From: an uncultured bacterium
Lineage (GTDB): Bacteria > Oederibacteriota > Muellerivitia > Muellerivitales > Muellerivitaceae
Length of the DNA: 64,000 bases
Reading direction: 5' to 3'
Assembly (NCBI GenBank): GCA_964529445.1
Contig: CAZGWJ010000002.1
Span: 5,182-69,181, forward strand
Shown: one piece after another, positions 47,314-57,000 of the stretch
How positions within the stretch are numbered: the stretch's first letter is position 1
How the letters are laid out: each line of letters starts with the position of its first letter
Program-made: the position numbers and the translations under genes
The notes under the pieces: model-generated
What the model saw: the letters and a program-made list of their open reading frames with translations, nothing else
What the model was told of the DNA's origin: nothing
Database searches by the model: none

Positions 47314-47422
47314 TGGGCGTTGAGCCGACCGAAGTGAAAGGGTTTTGATATCGCAATTTGCGATATCAAGTTCCGGACATGGAGTGACCTTGACAAGGTG
47401 TCTCTAGTAGGAGACAATCTAT

Positions 47423-47755
47423 ATGGAAGCGATACCCAGGAAGTTCGAGAAGTACTACACGCCCGAAGGGCGCTCTCCTTTCGACGACTGGTTCCACGGC
47501 CTGAAGGATGCTTTCGGGAAGAGCCAGATCATCAAGCGTCTTCAAAGAGTGGAGGCGGGAACGCTGGGTCATACGGACAATGCGGGAGAAGGTGTCCAGG
47601 GCTTGAAGATCGATGTGGGTCCAGGTTATCGGGTCTATTTCGGTCAGCATGGCTCCGTGCTCGTTATCCTGCTATGTGGTGGCGAAAAACACAGGCAAGA
47701 CAGGGACATGGCGATCGCCAGAAGCTATTGGCGGGATTACAAGAGCCGAAAGTAG
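47423..47755 (+). CDS. type II toxin, HigB-like addiction-module killer protein (RelE/ParE superfamily, TIGR02683-like)
   Basis: GYRVYFGQHGSVLVILLCGGEKHRQDRDMAIARSYWRDY matches the 'addiction module killer protein' family. Followed by its antidote gene 16 nt downstream. Confidence 0.7.
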   Translation: MEAIPRKFEKYYTPEGRSPFDDWFHGLKDAFGKSQIIKRLQRVEAGTLGHTDNAGEGVQGLKIDVGPGYRVYFGQHGSVLVILLCGGEKHRQDRDMAIARSYWRDYKSRK

Positions 47756-47770
47756 CGAGGGAATGTCGCG

Positions 47771-48130
47771 ATGAAGAAGAGATCGGTGGTCCCGCCTTCG
47801 GGCGGAAGTCTCGACGAAACGGTCATCCGCGCCCTCAAGGAGGACGAGGGTTTTCGCATGGAGTATTTGAAGGATCTCCTGCAGGAAGAGGACGTGAAAT
47901 TGATGGCGATCGCTCTGCGGCCCCTGGTGGAGGCCCTAGGGGGGATCGGCAAGTTATCGAGCGAGACGGGATTGGGGCGACAGAGCCTGTATAAATCACT
48001 ATCGGGCAAAGTTCGTCCTGATTTCCCGACGCTTCTCAAGATCATCCACTTTGCGGGTTATGACCTGTCGGTCGATAGACGTCGCCCGTCCAAACGCCAT
48101 TCCAGGTCATTGGCCGGTTCTCGTTCGTGA
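47771..48130 (+). CDS. type II antitoxin, HigA-like addiction-module antidote (XRE HTH, TIGR02684-like)
   Basis: C-terminal HTH (LSSETGLGRQSLYKSLSGKVRPDFPTLLKIIHFAGYDL). Confidence 0.65.
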   Translation: MKKRSVVPPSGGSLDETVIRALKEDEGFRMEYLKDLLQEEDVKLMAIALRPLVEALGGIGKLSSETGLGRQSLYKSLSGKVRPDFPTLLKIIHFAGYDLSVDRRRPSKRHSRSLAGSRS

Positions 48131-48291
48131 GGAGGTAAAGTATGAAGAACAGTATTTTCGGAGTCATGGTGATCATCCGTGACGAGAATTATTACGCATC
48201 AATCACAAGTCCAGGAACCATATAACCTGTTTTCTCAAGCCGGATGGCATCCTGACAGCCAGTGAAAGGGTGACCATGAGTTGAAGGCAGC

Positions 48292-48585
48292 TTGATCGTG
48301 GAGAGTCCTGGTATGGATAAATGGAATGTCCTAGTCACCGAAGAGGCGGATCGTGAACTGGCTAAGGCGGTTCGGGAGAATCCGGACCTCAAACCCGACA
48401 TCCTGCTGAGGCTCGGGCTCCTGGCGGATTTTCCTCCTGAGAAATGGTTCTTCATTTCCCGGCATAAGGGATTGGACCTGTTCAGGGCCGAGACGGGACA
48501 GATGATCCGGATCTCGGGCCAAGCCGATCCCGGTACCCGGACCGTGCATATCACCCATATCCGGGTGATCCGGAGAGCCCGTTGA
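48292..48585 (+). CDS. putative RelE/ParE-fold toxin
   Basis: 97 aa. Pattern ..LFRAETGQMIRISGQADPGTRTVHITHIRVIRR resembles the RelE/ParE C-terminus (..yRiiY..d..k.v.Il.i.hR). Confidence 0.4.
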   Translation: MIVESPGMDKWNVLVTEEADRELAKAVRENPDLKPDILLRLGLLADFPPEKWFFISRHKGLDLFRAETGQMIRISGQADPGTRTVHITHIRVIRRAR

Positions 48586-48639
48586 CGATGTAATACATGT
48601 GTAATACAATCTATTTGACGGTCTATTCGGGAGGAACCC

Positions 48640-48954
48640 ATGCGCGCGATCATCAATTTCCGACCCAAGGTCGACCCGGCCACTTTGCGCAGGATCGCTG
48701 AAAAACAGAATTATCCCGACCTGTCCGGCTTCATCAATGACGCGATCGAGGAGAAGATCCGCAACATTCACGCCCATCCGCGCGACGAGAAACTGGTGAA
48801 CGACATCAAGAAAGCCGTCTATGAATTCAAGGGTTGGTCCTTCTCCAAGCCATCCGCCCGGGAAGCGGCGGAGATCCGCAAGAGGGCTGGTTCCGCCCGT
48901 TCCGGCAAGACAAGGACGATGCCCCTGAATGACGTTTTGAAGGAACTGACATGA
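48640..48954 (+). CDS. ribbon-helix-helix (CopG-like) protein, putative antitoxin
   Basis: N-terminal RHH (MRAIINFRPKVDPATLRRIAEKQNYPDLSGFINDAIEEKI). Own promoter with GTAATACA direct repeats. Confidence 0.5.
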   Translation: MRAIINFRPKVDPATLRRIAEKQNYPDLSGFINDAIEEKIRNIHAHPRDEKLVNDIKKAVYEFKGWSFSKPSAREAAEIRKRAGSARSGKTRTMPLNDVLKELT

Positions 48955-49547
48955 ACATCTCGATCATCCTGGGGCATCCCAAGCCCGGCAGTTTCAACCA
49001 TGCCATCGCCCGGACGGCGGCGGAGACCCTGAAAGCCAACGGACACCAGGTCGTCCTGCATGACCTTTGCGCGGAGGGGTTCGATCCGCTCCTGCCTCCC
49101 GCCGAACTCGCCAAGGGAGCCGTCCTCCCTGCCGACGTCCAGAAGCATTGCGATGAGATCGTGAAGGCCGACGGCATCATCATCGTGCATCCGAATTGGT
49201 GGGGACAGCCGCCTGCCATCCTCAAAGGGTGGGTGGACCGGGTCCTGCGCATGGGCGTGGCCTACACGTTCAAGGTGGGGGACAACGGGGAAGGGGTTCC
49301 CGTCGGGCTCCTGAAGGCGAAGAAGGCCCTGGTGTTCACGACGTCCAACACGCCCAGGGAGAGGGAGCGGGAGGTCTTCGGGGATCCGCTGGAAGCCCTG
49401 TGGGGCAAGTGCGTGTTCCCGTTCTGCGGGGTGGATTCTTTCGAGCGCCGCAATTTCGAGGTGGTGGTGGCCAGCACGGAGGAGGAGAGGAAGGGTTGGC
49501 TGGCGGAAGTACAGCAAAGAATTGAGAAGGCTTTCCCGAGGGTATAG
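48951..49547 (+). CDS. flavodoxin-like NAD(P)H-dependent oxidoreductase (Flavodoxin_2/MdaB-KefF-like)
   Basis: MNISIILGHPKPGSFNHAIA..VIVHPNWWGQPPAILKGWVDRVL matches NAD(P)H dehydrogenase (quinone) family. Confidence 0.75.
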   Translation: MNISIILGHPKPGSFNHAIARTAAETLKANGHQVVLHDLCAEGFDPLLPPAELAKGAVLPADVQKHCDEIVKADGIIIVHPNWWGQPPAILKGWVDRVLRMGVAYTFKVGDNGEGVPVGLLKAKKALVFTTSNTPREREREVFGDPLEALWGKCVFPFCGVDSFERRNFEVVVASTEEERKGWLAEVQQRIEKAFPRV

Positions 49548-49598
49548 ATATAGTTGTATCAGAAGGCATGGCAGTGGTCAGAATGACCACTGCCACAG

Positions 49599-50681
49599 AT
49601 GGCTGATATAATTGAGCATCCATGTGGGAAGGGATGGTTTGTGATCCAGAAGAGTCATAAGACCGCCACCCTGATCTTCCTCGTGTTCGTGGGGCTCGTG
49701 TTCCTCACGCTGGTGACGGCCGCCATCACGGACGGCCCCAAGCTCCTCTCCGTCGTCAACGACCTCAAGATGGGCTCCCTCGTCTTCGCCATGGCCTGCA
49801 TGGTGGTCTCCTACCTCGGCATCGCTCTCTCTTTCTCCGGCCTCTTCGAGATGACCACCTATCGCATAAAGTTCGCAACGCTCTTCTCCATCACCTTCGT
49901 GGCCGCCACCTTCAACTACGTGGTCTCCACGGCCGGCGTCTCCAGTCTCGCCGTCCGGGCATTCCTCTTCAAGCAACACAAGATCCCCTACACGACCACC
50001 CTGCCCCTCTCGGTCGCCCAGAGCATGATCACCAACATCGTCCTGGCCGTGATGTGCATGGGCGGGCTTCTTTACTTGAACCTCCACCCCGAGATGGTGG
50101 GGCCTGTCGAGCGCGGGGTGATCGCGGGTCTCGTGGGAGTCCTGGCGCTGTTGGTCATCGCCGTGATGATGATCTTCTTCCATACGGGATCAAGGAACTT
50201 CCTGTTGGACAAGGGAACCCGATGGGGTGGGGCCTTGCTGAACCGGATGACCCGTGGCCGCTTCCCGGCGGAACGGCTGAAGGCCATCCGGGCGAACCTG
50301 GAGGACTCCATCCGTCTCCTTCATAAAGGATGGCTTCAACTGTTCGTCACCATGTTCTGGATCACGATGGATTGGACCTTCACGGCGATGACCCTGTATT
50401 TCTGCTTCCAGGCGGTCGGAGTGAACCTCTCCCTCGGGCTGGTCCTGGTGGGTTTCTCGGTGGCCTTCCTGACCTCGACGGTGAACTTCGTGCCGGCAGG
50501 ACTGGGCATCACCGAGATGGCCGTCACGGGAACCTATATCCATCTTTTGAAGGTGGCGCCCGAGAAGGCCGTGGTGGCCACGATCCTATTCAGGATCATT
50601 TATTTCTTGATCCCGCTGGCGGTATCGACAGCGTTGTATTTGGATACGATGCGGACGGCTTATAAGAACCAGAAAAGTTAA
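49599..50681 (+). CDS. YbhN/UPF0104 family membrane protein (lysylphosphatidylglycerol synthase-like TM domain)
   Basis: 360 aa with about 8 TM segments. C-terminal motif VNFVPAGLGITEMAVTGTYIHL is typical of the family. Confidence 0.65.
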   Translation: MADIIEHPCGKGWFVIQKSHKTATLIFLVFVGLVFLTLVTAAITDGPKLLSVVNDLKMGSLVFAMACMVVSYLGIALSFSGLFEMTTYRIKFATLFSITFVAATFNYVVSTAGVSSLAVRAFLFKQHKIPYTTTLPLSVAQSMITNIVLAVMCMGGLLYLNLHPEMVGPVERGVIAGLVGVLALLVIAVMMIFFHTGSRNFLLDKGTRWGGALLNRMTRGRFPAERLKAIRANLEDSIRLLHKGWLQLFVTMFWITMDWTFTAMTLYFCFQAVGVNLSLGLVLVGFSVAFLTSTVNFVPAGLGITEMAVTGTYIHLLKVAPEKAVVATILFRIIYFLIPLAVSTALYLDTMRTAYKNQKS

Positions 50682-50689
50682 GGCACCCC

Positions 50690-50950
50690 TCACCCATCAC
50701 AGACCCTGAAGGGTCTGCGAGAACAACCGTCATCCTCAGCTTGTGGCTGAGGATGGTTCGGCCCTCTCCCTCAAGGGGAGAGGGGAAAAGGGGAAGGATA
50801 TGAAGCGGACGGCTTATAGAACCAGGAGAAGTAGGTCCCCCTCACCCTGGCCCTCTCCCACGGGGGGAGAGGGGAAGAGTATTAAGAAACAGGATAAGTA
50901 GGACCCCTCTCCCTAGCCCTCCCCCGCAAGCGGGGGAGGGAATTTGTGGG
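50690..50950. repeat. cluster of REP-like hairpins (CCCTCTCCC-N4-6-GGGAGAGGG; CCCTCCCCCGCAAGCGGGGGAGGG) plus other stem-loops
   Basis: At least three CCCTCTCCC..GGGAGAGGG copies. Also GACCCTGAAGGGTC and CATCCTCAGCTTGTGGCTGAGGATG hairpins. Confidence 0.6.
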
Positions 50951-51124
50951 AATTAACACAACGATAAAACCCCATAAAAGACACATACCTTTCCAAATAA
51001 CCTTGTTAAATAAGGATAAATCCTATTTGCTCGTCTAGTGTTGACATGAACCGACTCAAGTTATATGCTTTTGGAACAAAAGGATATGTTCGTCCGTCAG
51101 ATAAGGACGAAAGGGAGGGCAAAA

Positions 51125-51982
51125 ATGGAAAAGGTCCCATTCATCCAAGAAGACAAGGCGCTCAACCAATACCTGCGAGACATCTCCAGGATTTCCCTTC
51201 TTTCTCCGGACGAAGAACTCGCCCTGGCGCGCAAGGCCCGCAGCGGTGATGAAGAAGCCCATAACCGCCTTGTGGAAGCCAACCTTCGTTTTGTCGTATC
51301 CGTGGCCAAGAATTATCGTAACAGAGGCCTTTCGTTCCTGGACCTCATCAACGAGGGGAACCTCGGCCTGATCAAGGCTGCCCGGTCCTTCGATCCCGCA
51401 CGGGGCGTGCGATTCGTCTCCTACGCCGTCTGGTGGATCAAGCAGTCCATCCTGGCCGCCATCATGGACAAGGGCGACATGGTTCGCATTCCCCAGAGCC
51501 GGACCAAAAAGGTCCGTAAACTCACGAAACGACTGAAGGAAGCCCGCCAAAAAAGCGGGGAAAACAGCTCCAGCTTGGACCTCATGCGAGCCACCGGCAT
51601 CGATCGCAAGGACATGGATGAGGTGGCCCAGTTCGGCCATGGGTACCTGTCGCTGGACACCACCTACATCAACGACGACGGGACCACGATCCTGGCGCTC
51701 CTGAAGGACCCGAAGGACGTTCACGCCTACGAGAAGGACCTGATGGACGCCGACATGAGCGGGCGGCTCAAGAACGCCCTCAAGGGGTTGGAGGAGCGCG
51801 ACGGGCATATCCTCACCCTGCGGTACGGGCTCGACGGGAAGGGGGAGCGAACCCTTGACGAGATCGGAAAGCGCCTTAACATCTCCAAGGAGAGGGTGCG
51901 GCAGATCGAGGAGCGGGCCATCGAGCGTCTGAGGGGTTCCTCCGAGATGGGGCTTCTGAAGGATTACATCTCCGAAAGCTGA
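51125..51982 (+). CDS. RNA polymerase sigma-70 family factor, short primary-type (regions 1.2-4; about 285 aa)
   Basis: RBS GGGAGGG. Region 2 (DLINEGNLGLIKAARSFDPARGVRFVSYAVWWIKQSI). Region 4 HTH (TLDEIGKRLNISKERVRQIEERAIERL). Confidence 0.8.
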   Translation: MEKVPFIQEDKALNQYLRDISRISLLSPDEELALARKARSGDEEAHNRLVEANLRFVVSVAKNYRNRGLSFLDLINEGNLGLIKAARSFDPARGVRFVSYAVWWIKQSILAAIMDKGDMVRIPQSRTKKVRKLTKRLKEARQKSGENSSSLDLMRATGIDRKDMDEVAQFGHGYLSLDTTYINDDGTTILALLKDPKDVHAYEKDLMDADMSGRLKNALKGLEERDGHILTLRYGLDGKGERTLDEIGKRLNISKERVRQIEERAIERLRGSSEMGLLKDYISES

Positions 51983-51996
51983 AGAAGGGCCGTTCC

Positions 51997-52389
51997 ATGC
52001 GGATGAACCCCCAACAACCGCTCTTTACCATCGGAACGGTCGCGAAACTCCTGCAACTCCACGAGCAGACCATCCGTCAATACGAGCGGTTGGGGCTCGT
52101 TCTCCCCTCCCGAACCGCGCGACATACGCGCATGTATTCCCAGGCGGATGTCGAGCGCCTTGAATGCGTGACCTACCTGGTGAAGCATTGCGGTGTGAAC
52201 ATCGCGGGAGTGAAACTGATGGTGCAGTTCGGGGTCACACGACCCGAGATCGAGCAGTTCCTCAAGGCGCAGGCGAGGCTCAGGGACATCCAATGCATGA
52301 GCCAGAACCTGTTGCCACCCGGCCAGGAGGATATCCATGAGTCCCAAGTCGAAGAACCTGTCGCGCGGCCCCGAAAGCGCCGCAAGTAG
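51997..52389 (+). CDS. MerR-family transcriptional regulator (HspR-like heat-shock repressor)
   Basis: N-terminal MerR HTH (FTIGTVAKLLQLHEQTIRQYERLGLV). Lies directly upstream of, and overlapping, htrA. Confidence 0.7.
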   Translation: MRMNPQQPLFTIGTVAKLLQLHEQTIRQYERLGLVLPSRTARHTRMYSQADVERLECVTYLVKHCGVNIAGVKLMVQFGVTRPEIEQFLKAQARLRDIQCMSQNLLPPGQEDIHESQVEEPVARPRKRRK

Positions 52390-53902
52390 GCCTTTCTGGC
52401 GCTGGACGATCGGCGCCTTCCTCCTGGGTCTCATCGTCTCGGGGATCATCCTGCTCAAGACGGACGGGTGCGCCTCGGGCCTCCAGCTGAAGCAGGAACC
52501 CCCGCCCGTCAAGATCGCTTCCGACAATGCCGCCCTCGGTCTCCAGCAGGCTTTCATCCACGTGGCCGCCGCCGTCGGTCCTGCCGTCGTCAACATCAGC
52601 GCCGAATGGACCGAGAAGATCCCCGGCATGGAGAACTACCAGAGCATGGAGGATTTCTTCAATTACTGGTTCTTTGGGCCCGGCGGCCCTCCCGGGGGGA
52701 TGAGACGGAGGATGCCGGAACAGCTCCGCAAGGAACGCAGTCTGGGATCCGGCTTCATCATCACGACTGACGGTTACGTGATGACCAACGCCCATGTCTT
52801 GGGCAAGGCCACGAAGGTCACCGTCACCCTGCAGGACGGGCGGGATTTCAAGGGTGCGGTGGTGGGCCGGGACGAGAAGACCGACATCGGCCTCGTGAAG
52901 ATCGATGCGACGAAGCTTCCCTATGCCGTGCTGGGCGACTCGGACGCCATCGAGGTCGGCCAATGGTCCATTGCCATCGGCAACCCCTTCGCCCTTGACC
53001 ACACGGTCACGACGGGCGTCATCTCGGCCAAGGGGCGCACGGTGGCCCTGAATGAACGCTCCCCCTACCAGAGTTACATCCAGACCGACGCCTCCATCAA
53101 TCCGGGCAACTCGGGCGGGCCCCTGTGCAACATCTCGGGCGAGGTCGTGGGCATCAACACGGCCATCTATTCGCAGACCGGGGGTTCCGTGGGTATCGGC
53201 TTCGCCATTCCCGTCAATGTGGCCAAGAAGGTCGCCCACGACCTGGCCAACAAGGGGAAAGTCGTGCGCGCGGGCCTGGGCGCCACCGTGCAGTCTTTGG
53301 ATTACAAGATCGCCAAGAGTTTCGGTTTGGATTCCACCGAGGGGGCGCTGCTCTCGGCCATCCAACCGGGAAGCGCGGCCGCCAAGGCGGGGCTCAAACC
53401 TGGTGATATCGTCGTGGAATTGGACGGCTCGCCCGTGCGAAGCGCCTCCGAGATGATCGCCCGTCTTTACACCAAATCCGCAGGCGATGCGGTGAAGTTG
53501 ACCGTCCTGCGCGAGAAGAGGCGCTACAAGATGGATGTGACCCTGCAGGCCCTCGACGAGGCGCCGAGCTCGAAAAAGGAGGAACCGGAGGCGCCCGCAC
53601 CGGCGGCGCGGAATGCCGACGATTTGGGGCTTTCGGTCCAGGACCAGACCCAGGAGGTTCGCTCCCAACTCCCGCCCGAGGCTCCCCGGGGCCCCGTGGT
53701 CATGGGCGTGCGGCGGGGAAGCCCCGCGGCGGCCGCGGGACTCAAGGTCGGGGATGTTATCCTGCAGGTGGGGGACCGCGCGGTGGCGAACGCGTCGGAA
53801 CTCTCCAAGGCGCTCAAGGCGAACAACCTGAAGGAAGGCGTCCGGCTCTTCGTCTGGAGCGACGGGACGACCGGCTTCACGTTCCTCCAATCCGGCGAAT
53901 AG
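52337..53902 (+). CDS. htrA: periplasmic serine endoprotease DegP/HtrA (trypsin domain + 2 PDZ)
   Basis: TM/signal anchor. Catalytic triad context (TNAHV, DIGLVKI, GNSGGPL). Two PDZ domains. Confidence 0.9.
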   Translation: MSPKSKNLSRGPESAASRPFWRWTIGAFLLGLIVSGIILLKTDGCASGLQLKQEPPPVKIASDNAALGLQQAFIHVAAAVGPAVVNISAEWTEKIPGMENYQSMEDFFNYWFFGPGGPPGGMRRRMPEQLRKERSLGSGFIITTDGYVMTNAHVLGKATKVTVTLQDGRDFKGAVVGRDEKTDIGLVKIDATKLPYAVLGDSDAIEVGQWSIAIGNPFALDHTVTTGVISAKGRTVALNERSPYQSYIQTDASINPGNSGGPLCNISGEVVGINTAIYSQTGGSVGIGFAIPVNVAKKVAHDLANKGKVVRAGLGATVQSLDYKIAKSFGLDSTEGALLSAIQPGSAAAKAGLKPGDIVVELDGSPVRSASEMIARLYTKSAGDAVKLTVLREKRRYKMDVTLQALDEAPSSKKEEPEAPAPAARNADDLGLSVQDQTQEVRSQLPPEAPRGPVVMGVRRGSPAAAAGLKVGDVILQVGDRAVANASELSKALKANNLKEGVRLFVWSDGTTGFTFLQSGE

Positions 53903-54052
53903 AGCCGGTCATTCGAGGGTTGTTATTTCGTACGAATCCGGACCGCTTTGATCGAAGTCTGATGGGTAGCCACGCCCCGCTCAGACGGTGATACAATCAA
54001 GGCGGTTCTTTTTTTTCGGCGTGATTGAAAGCGGTTTCAGGAACGGTCATCG

Positions 54053-57000
54053 ATGCGGACCAAGACAAGGATTCTTGCGAACGGGATCATCCTCGTGCTT
54101 TTCCTGGGGACGGCGTCTCCGGTGAAGGCCGCCACCTATTTCGGCGATGTTGGATTCATCGAAACGGCGCTTGCCTCCCGCTCCGACATTCTCTTCTTCT
54201 CGGGTTACGAGACCAACCCCTGGAACTCGGTCTGGGGGCTTGATTGGGGTCCCTCGCCCGCCGTCAACCACACGATCATTACGGGCGCGGAAGCTTTTTC
54301 CGGCAACACCGCACGCGTGTTCTATCCCGCCAACACCTTCGGGACCTCCACAAACGGGACTCAATACTTCCAGGATTGGGCCAATTTCCCCATCGCCCCG
54401 CGGGAATCGGCCTATGTCCGCTACTATGTGAAATTCCAGCCGGGTTTCCAATTCGCCAAGGGCGGCAAGCTTCCGGGATTCTGTGGTGCCGGCTGCAACA
54501 CGGGTTGTTCGGGTATCCCGACCGGGTTCGACGGGTGGAGCGCCCGCATCATGTGGCGCGGCAACGGGCAGATCGTGCAATACGTGTACCACATGGACCA
54601 GGCCAACGAGTGCGGCACCGATTTCCCGTGGACGCTATCGGGATGTCCCGTTTACTTCAAGCCGGGCGAATGGCACTGTGTCGAGACCTACGTGCAGATG
54701 AACACCGTCGGCCAGGCCAATGGCATCCTGCGGTCCTGGTTGAACGGACAGTTGGCGCTCGAGGTGACGAACATGCGTTGGCGGGCTACCACCGCCATTC
54801 AGGTCGACCATTTCTATTTCTCGACCTTCTTCGGCGGGAGCGATGCGACCTGGAACTCGCCCCAGGATCAGTACGCTTATTTCGACAACTTCGTCATCGC
54901 CGAGAACTATATCGCACCCATCCCGGGTCCCGCAGGGACCCCGACACCGACCGCCACGCCCTCGCCGCCTCCCGGGTACACGATGGTCACGCGGATCTTC
55001 GACAGCGACAACACCGGTTGGGCGACGAGCAACTGGTCGTCGGGTACCTACAACTTCAACGATCCCGCCCAGAACCACACGACGGGAGGCGCGGAAAGCC
55101 TCCGCATCCAGTACGCGGACGGCGGGTGGGGGGCCGCGCAGTTCACCTCGCCCGTGACCCTGACACCTTCCGGTTTCGAAAACCTCTACCTCTGGGTCTA
55201 TCCGCTCGGGTGCGATGCGGTGTTCCGCGTAAGGGTCCGATTGGGATCCACGGACGTCGCGGAAACCGTCATCAACGGCGGATATGTGGGCGGTTGGCGC
55301 GTCAACCAGTGGAACCTGGTGATCGTTCCCAAGACACTCTTGAACCTCACCTCCCAGTCTTTCGATCGGGTCCTCTTGGTTTCGAACAGCACGGTGGCCT
55401 GTTCGGCTTTCCACGTGGACGACTTCGTCCTGGGGAACGCTTCCACGGTCCCGACCTCCACCCCGACCAGGACCCCGACCGCTTTCGTGCCGACCGCCAC
55501 TTGGACCCGGACGAACACATGGACGCCATCGATGACGTTCACACATTCGGTCACGCCGACGGCAACGAGGACCTCGACGGCGTCGAGCACGGCGACCCGA
55601 ACCGCCACCCAAACCGTCACCTCTACGGCGACCCGAACAGGCACGGCGACTTCCACGGTCACGCGTTCAGCGACCCCGACCGCGACGAACACGCCGACCC
55701 GCACGGCGACGAATACCCCCACTTTGTCCGCGACGCTTTCGCCGACGGGTACCCCGACCGCCACTTGGACGCGGACGAATACGCCCACCTTCACCTCCAC
55801 CCCCACCGCCACGCGCACCGTCACCCGGTCGGCGACACCATCGCTGACGGTCACGAACAGCGCAACCTCCACGGCGACCCGTACGGGCACGGCGACTTCC
55901 ACGGTCACGCGTTCGGCAACCCCGACCGCGACGAACACGCCGACCCGCACGGCGACGAATACCCCCACTTTGTCCGCGACGCCGTCACCCACGGCCACCC
56001 CGACGGATTCCCCCACGATGACGCGCACCCGGACGTTCACCCTGACGTTTTCACCGACGTGGACGCAGACCCCTACGGCGACACCGTCCCGATCCCCAAC
56101 CCGCACGGCTTCGCCGACCGCTACGGGCGCCGCGTGCGCCAAGCGCATGCTGGCCTACTATCCCTATTGGGACTCCACCTACCGGGCCGCGAACATTCCC
56201 ATGACGCGCTTTTCCCACATCTGCCATGCCTTCGTGCAACCCCAGGCGGACGGATCGCTGGTCGCGCCGGGGGGTTACCTGGAGCCCCAGTTGATCACCC
56301 TGGCCCATGCCGCGGGGGTGAAGGTACTGGTCTCGGTGGGCGGCGCGGATTCGGTTGCGGACGCGAATTTCAGGACGATCGCGGCTTCGGCCGCACTTCG
56401 GACCGCTTTTGCGAACTCGCTGGAATCCTTCTGTCGAACGAACGGCTATGACGGCGTGGATCTCGATTGGGAGTTCCCCTCGGACGCATCGGACCGGGCC
56501 AACTTGAACCTGATGGTGCAAGCCATCCGCGCCCGGTTCGACGGGGCGGCCGCCCCCGCGCCGGACTGGCTCATCACGATGGCCGTGAGCGGGTCGAACT
56601 GGTGGGCTCAGTGGCTCGATTACGCGACCTTGACCCCGCTGATGGATTTCTACAACCTCATGACCTACGACATGACCGGGAGCTGGCTGGACCACGCCGC
56701 ACACAACGCGCCGATGGTGCAGGGGGGAAATCCCTACGCGGACCTCGACGTGGCCGAGGCCGTGGACTACACGCTCATCACCCGGGGAATCCCGGCCGCG
56801 AAGGTGAACCTGGGCATCCCGTTCTACGGCTACCGTTTTCCCTCGACGGAGAACCTCTACGATCCCTGCGGCGGCCCCTGCTCGACGGCCGTGCAGATGA
56901 ATTACGACGCCATCGCGCCGTTGATCGGTGCCGGGTGGACCCGTTCCTGGGATGCCCAATGCCAGGTGCCCTACCTGCGCAACGACGCGGGGGCCGGGTT

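Noticed and set aside
51040-51110. HAIR-like HspR operator at the sigma-factor promoter (TTGACAT-N6-ACTCAAG).
   Set aside because: Only one half-site matches the CTTGAGT-N7-ACTCAAG consensus well. Kept as a weak note only.
54244-56451. 735-aa alternative-frame ORF within the giant GH18 gene.
   Set aside because: Produced by the tandem Thr/Pro-codon repeats (DR/HG/DP-rich translation). The +1 frame gives a coherent modular protein with signal peptide, GH18 motif and T9SS CTD.
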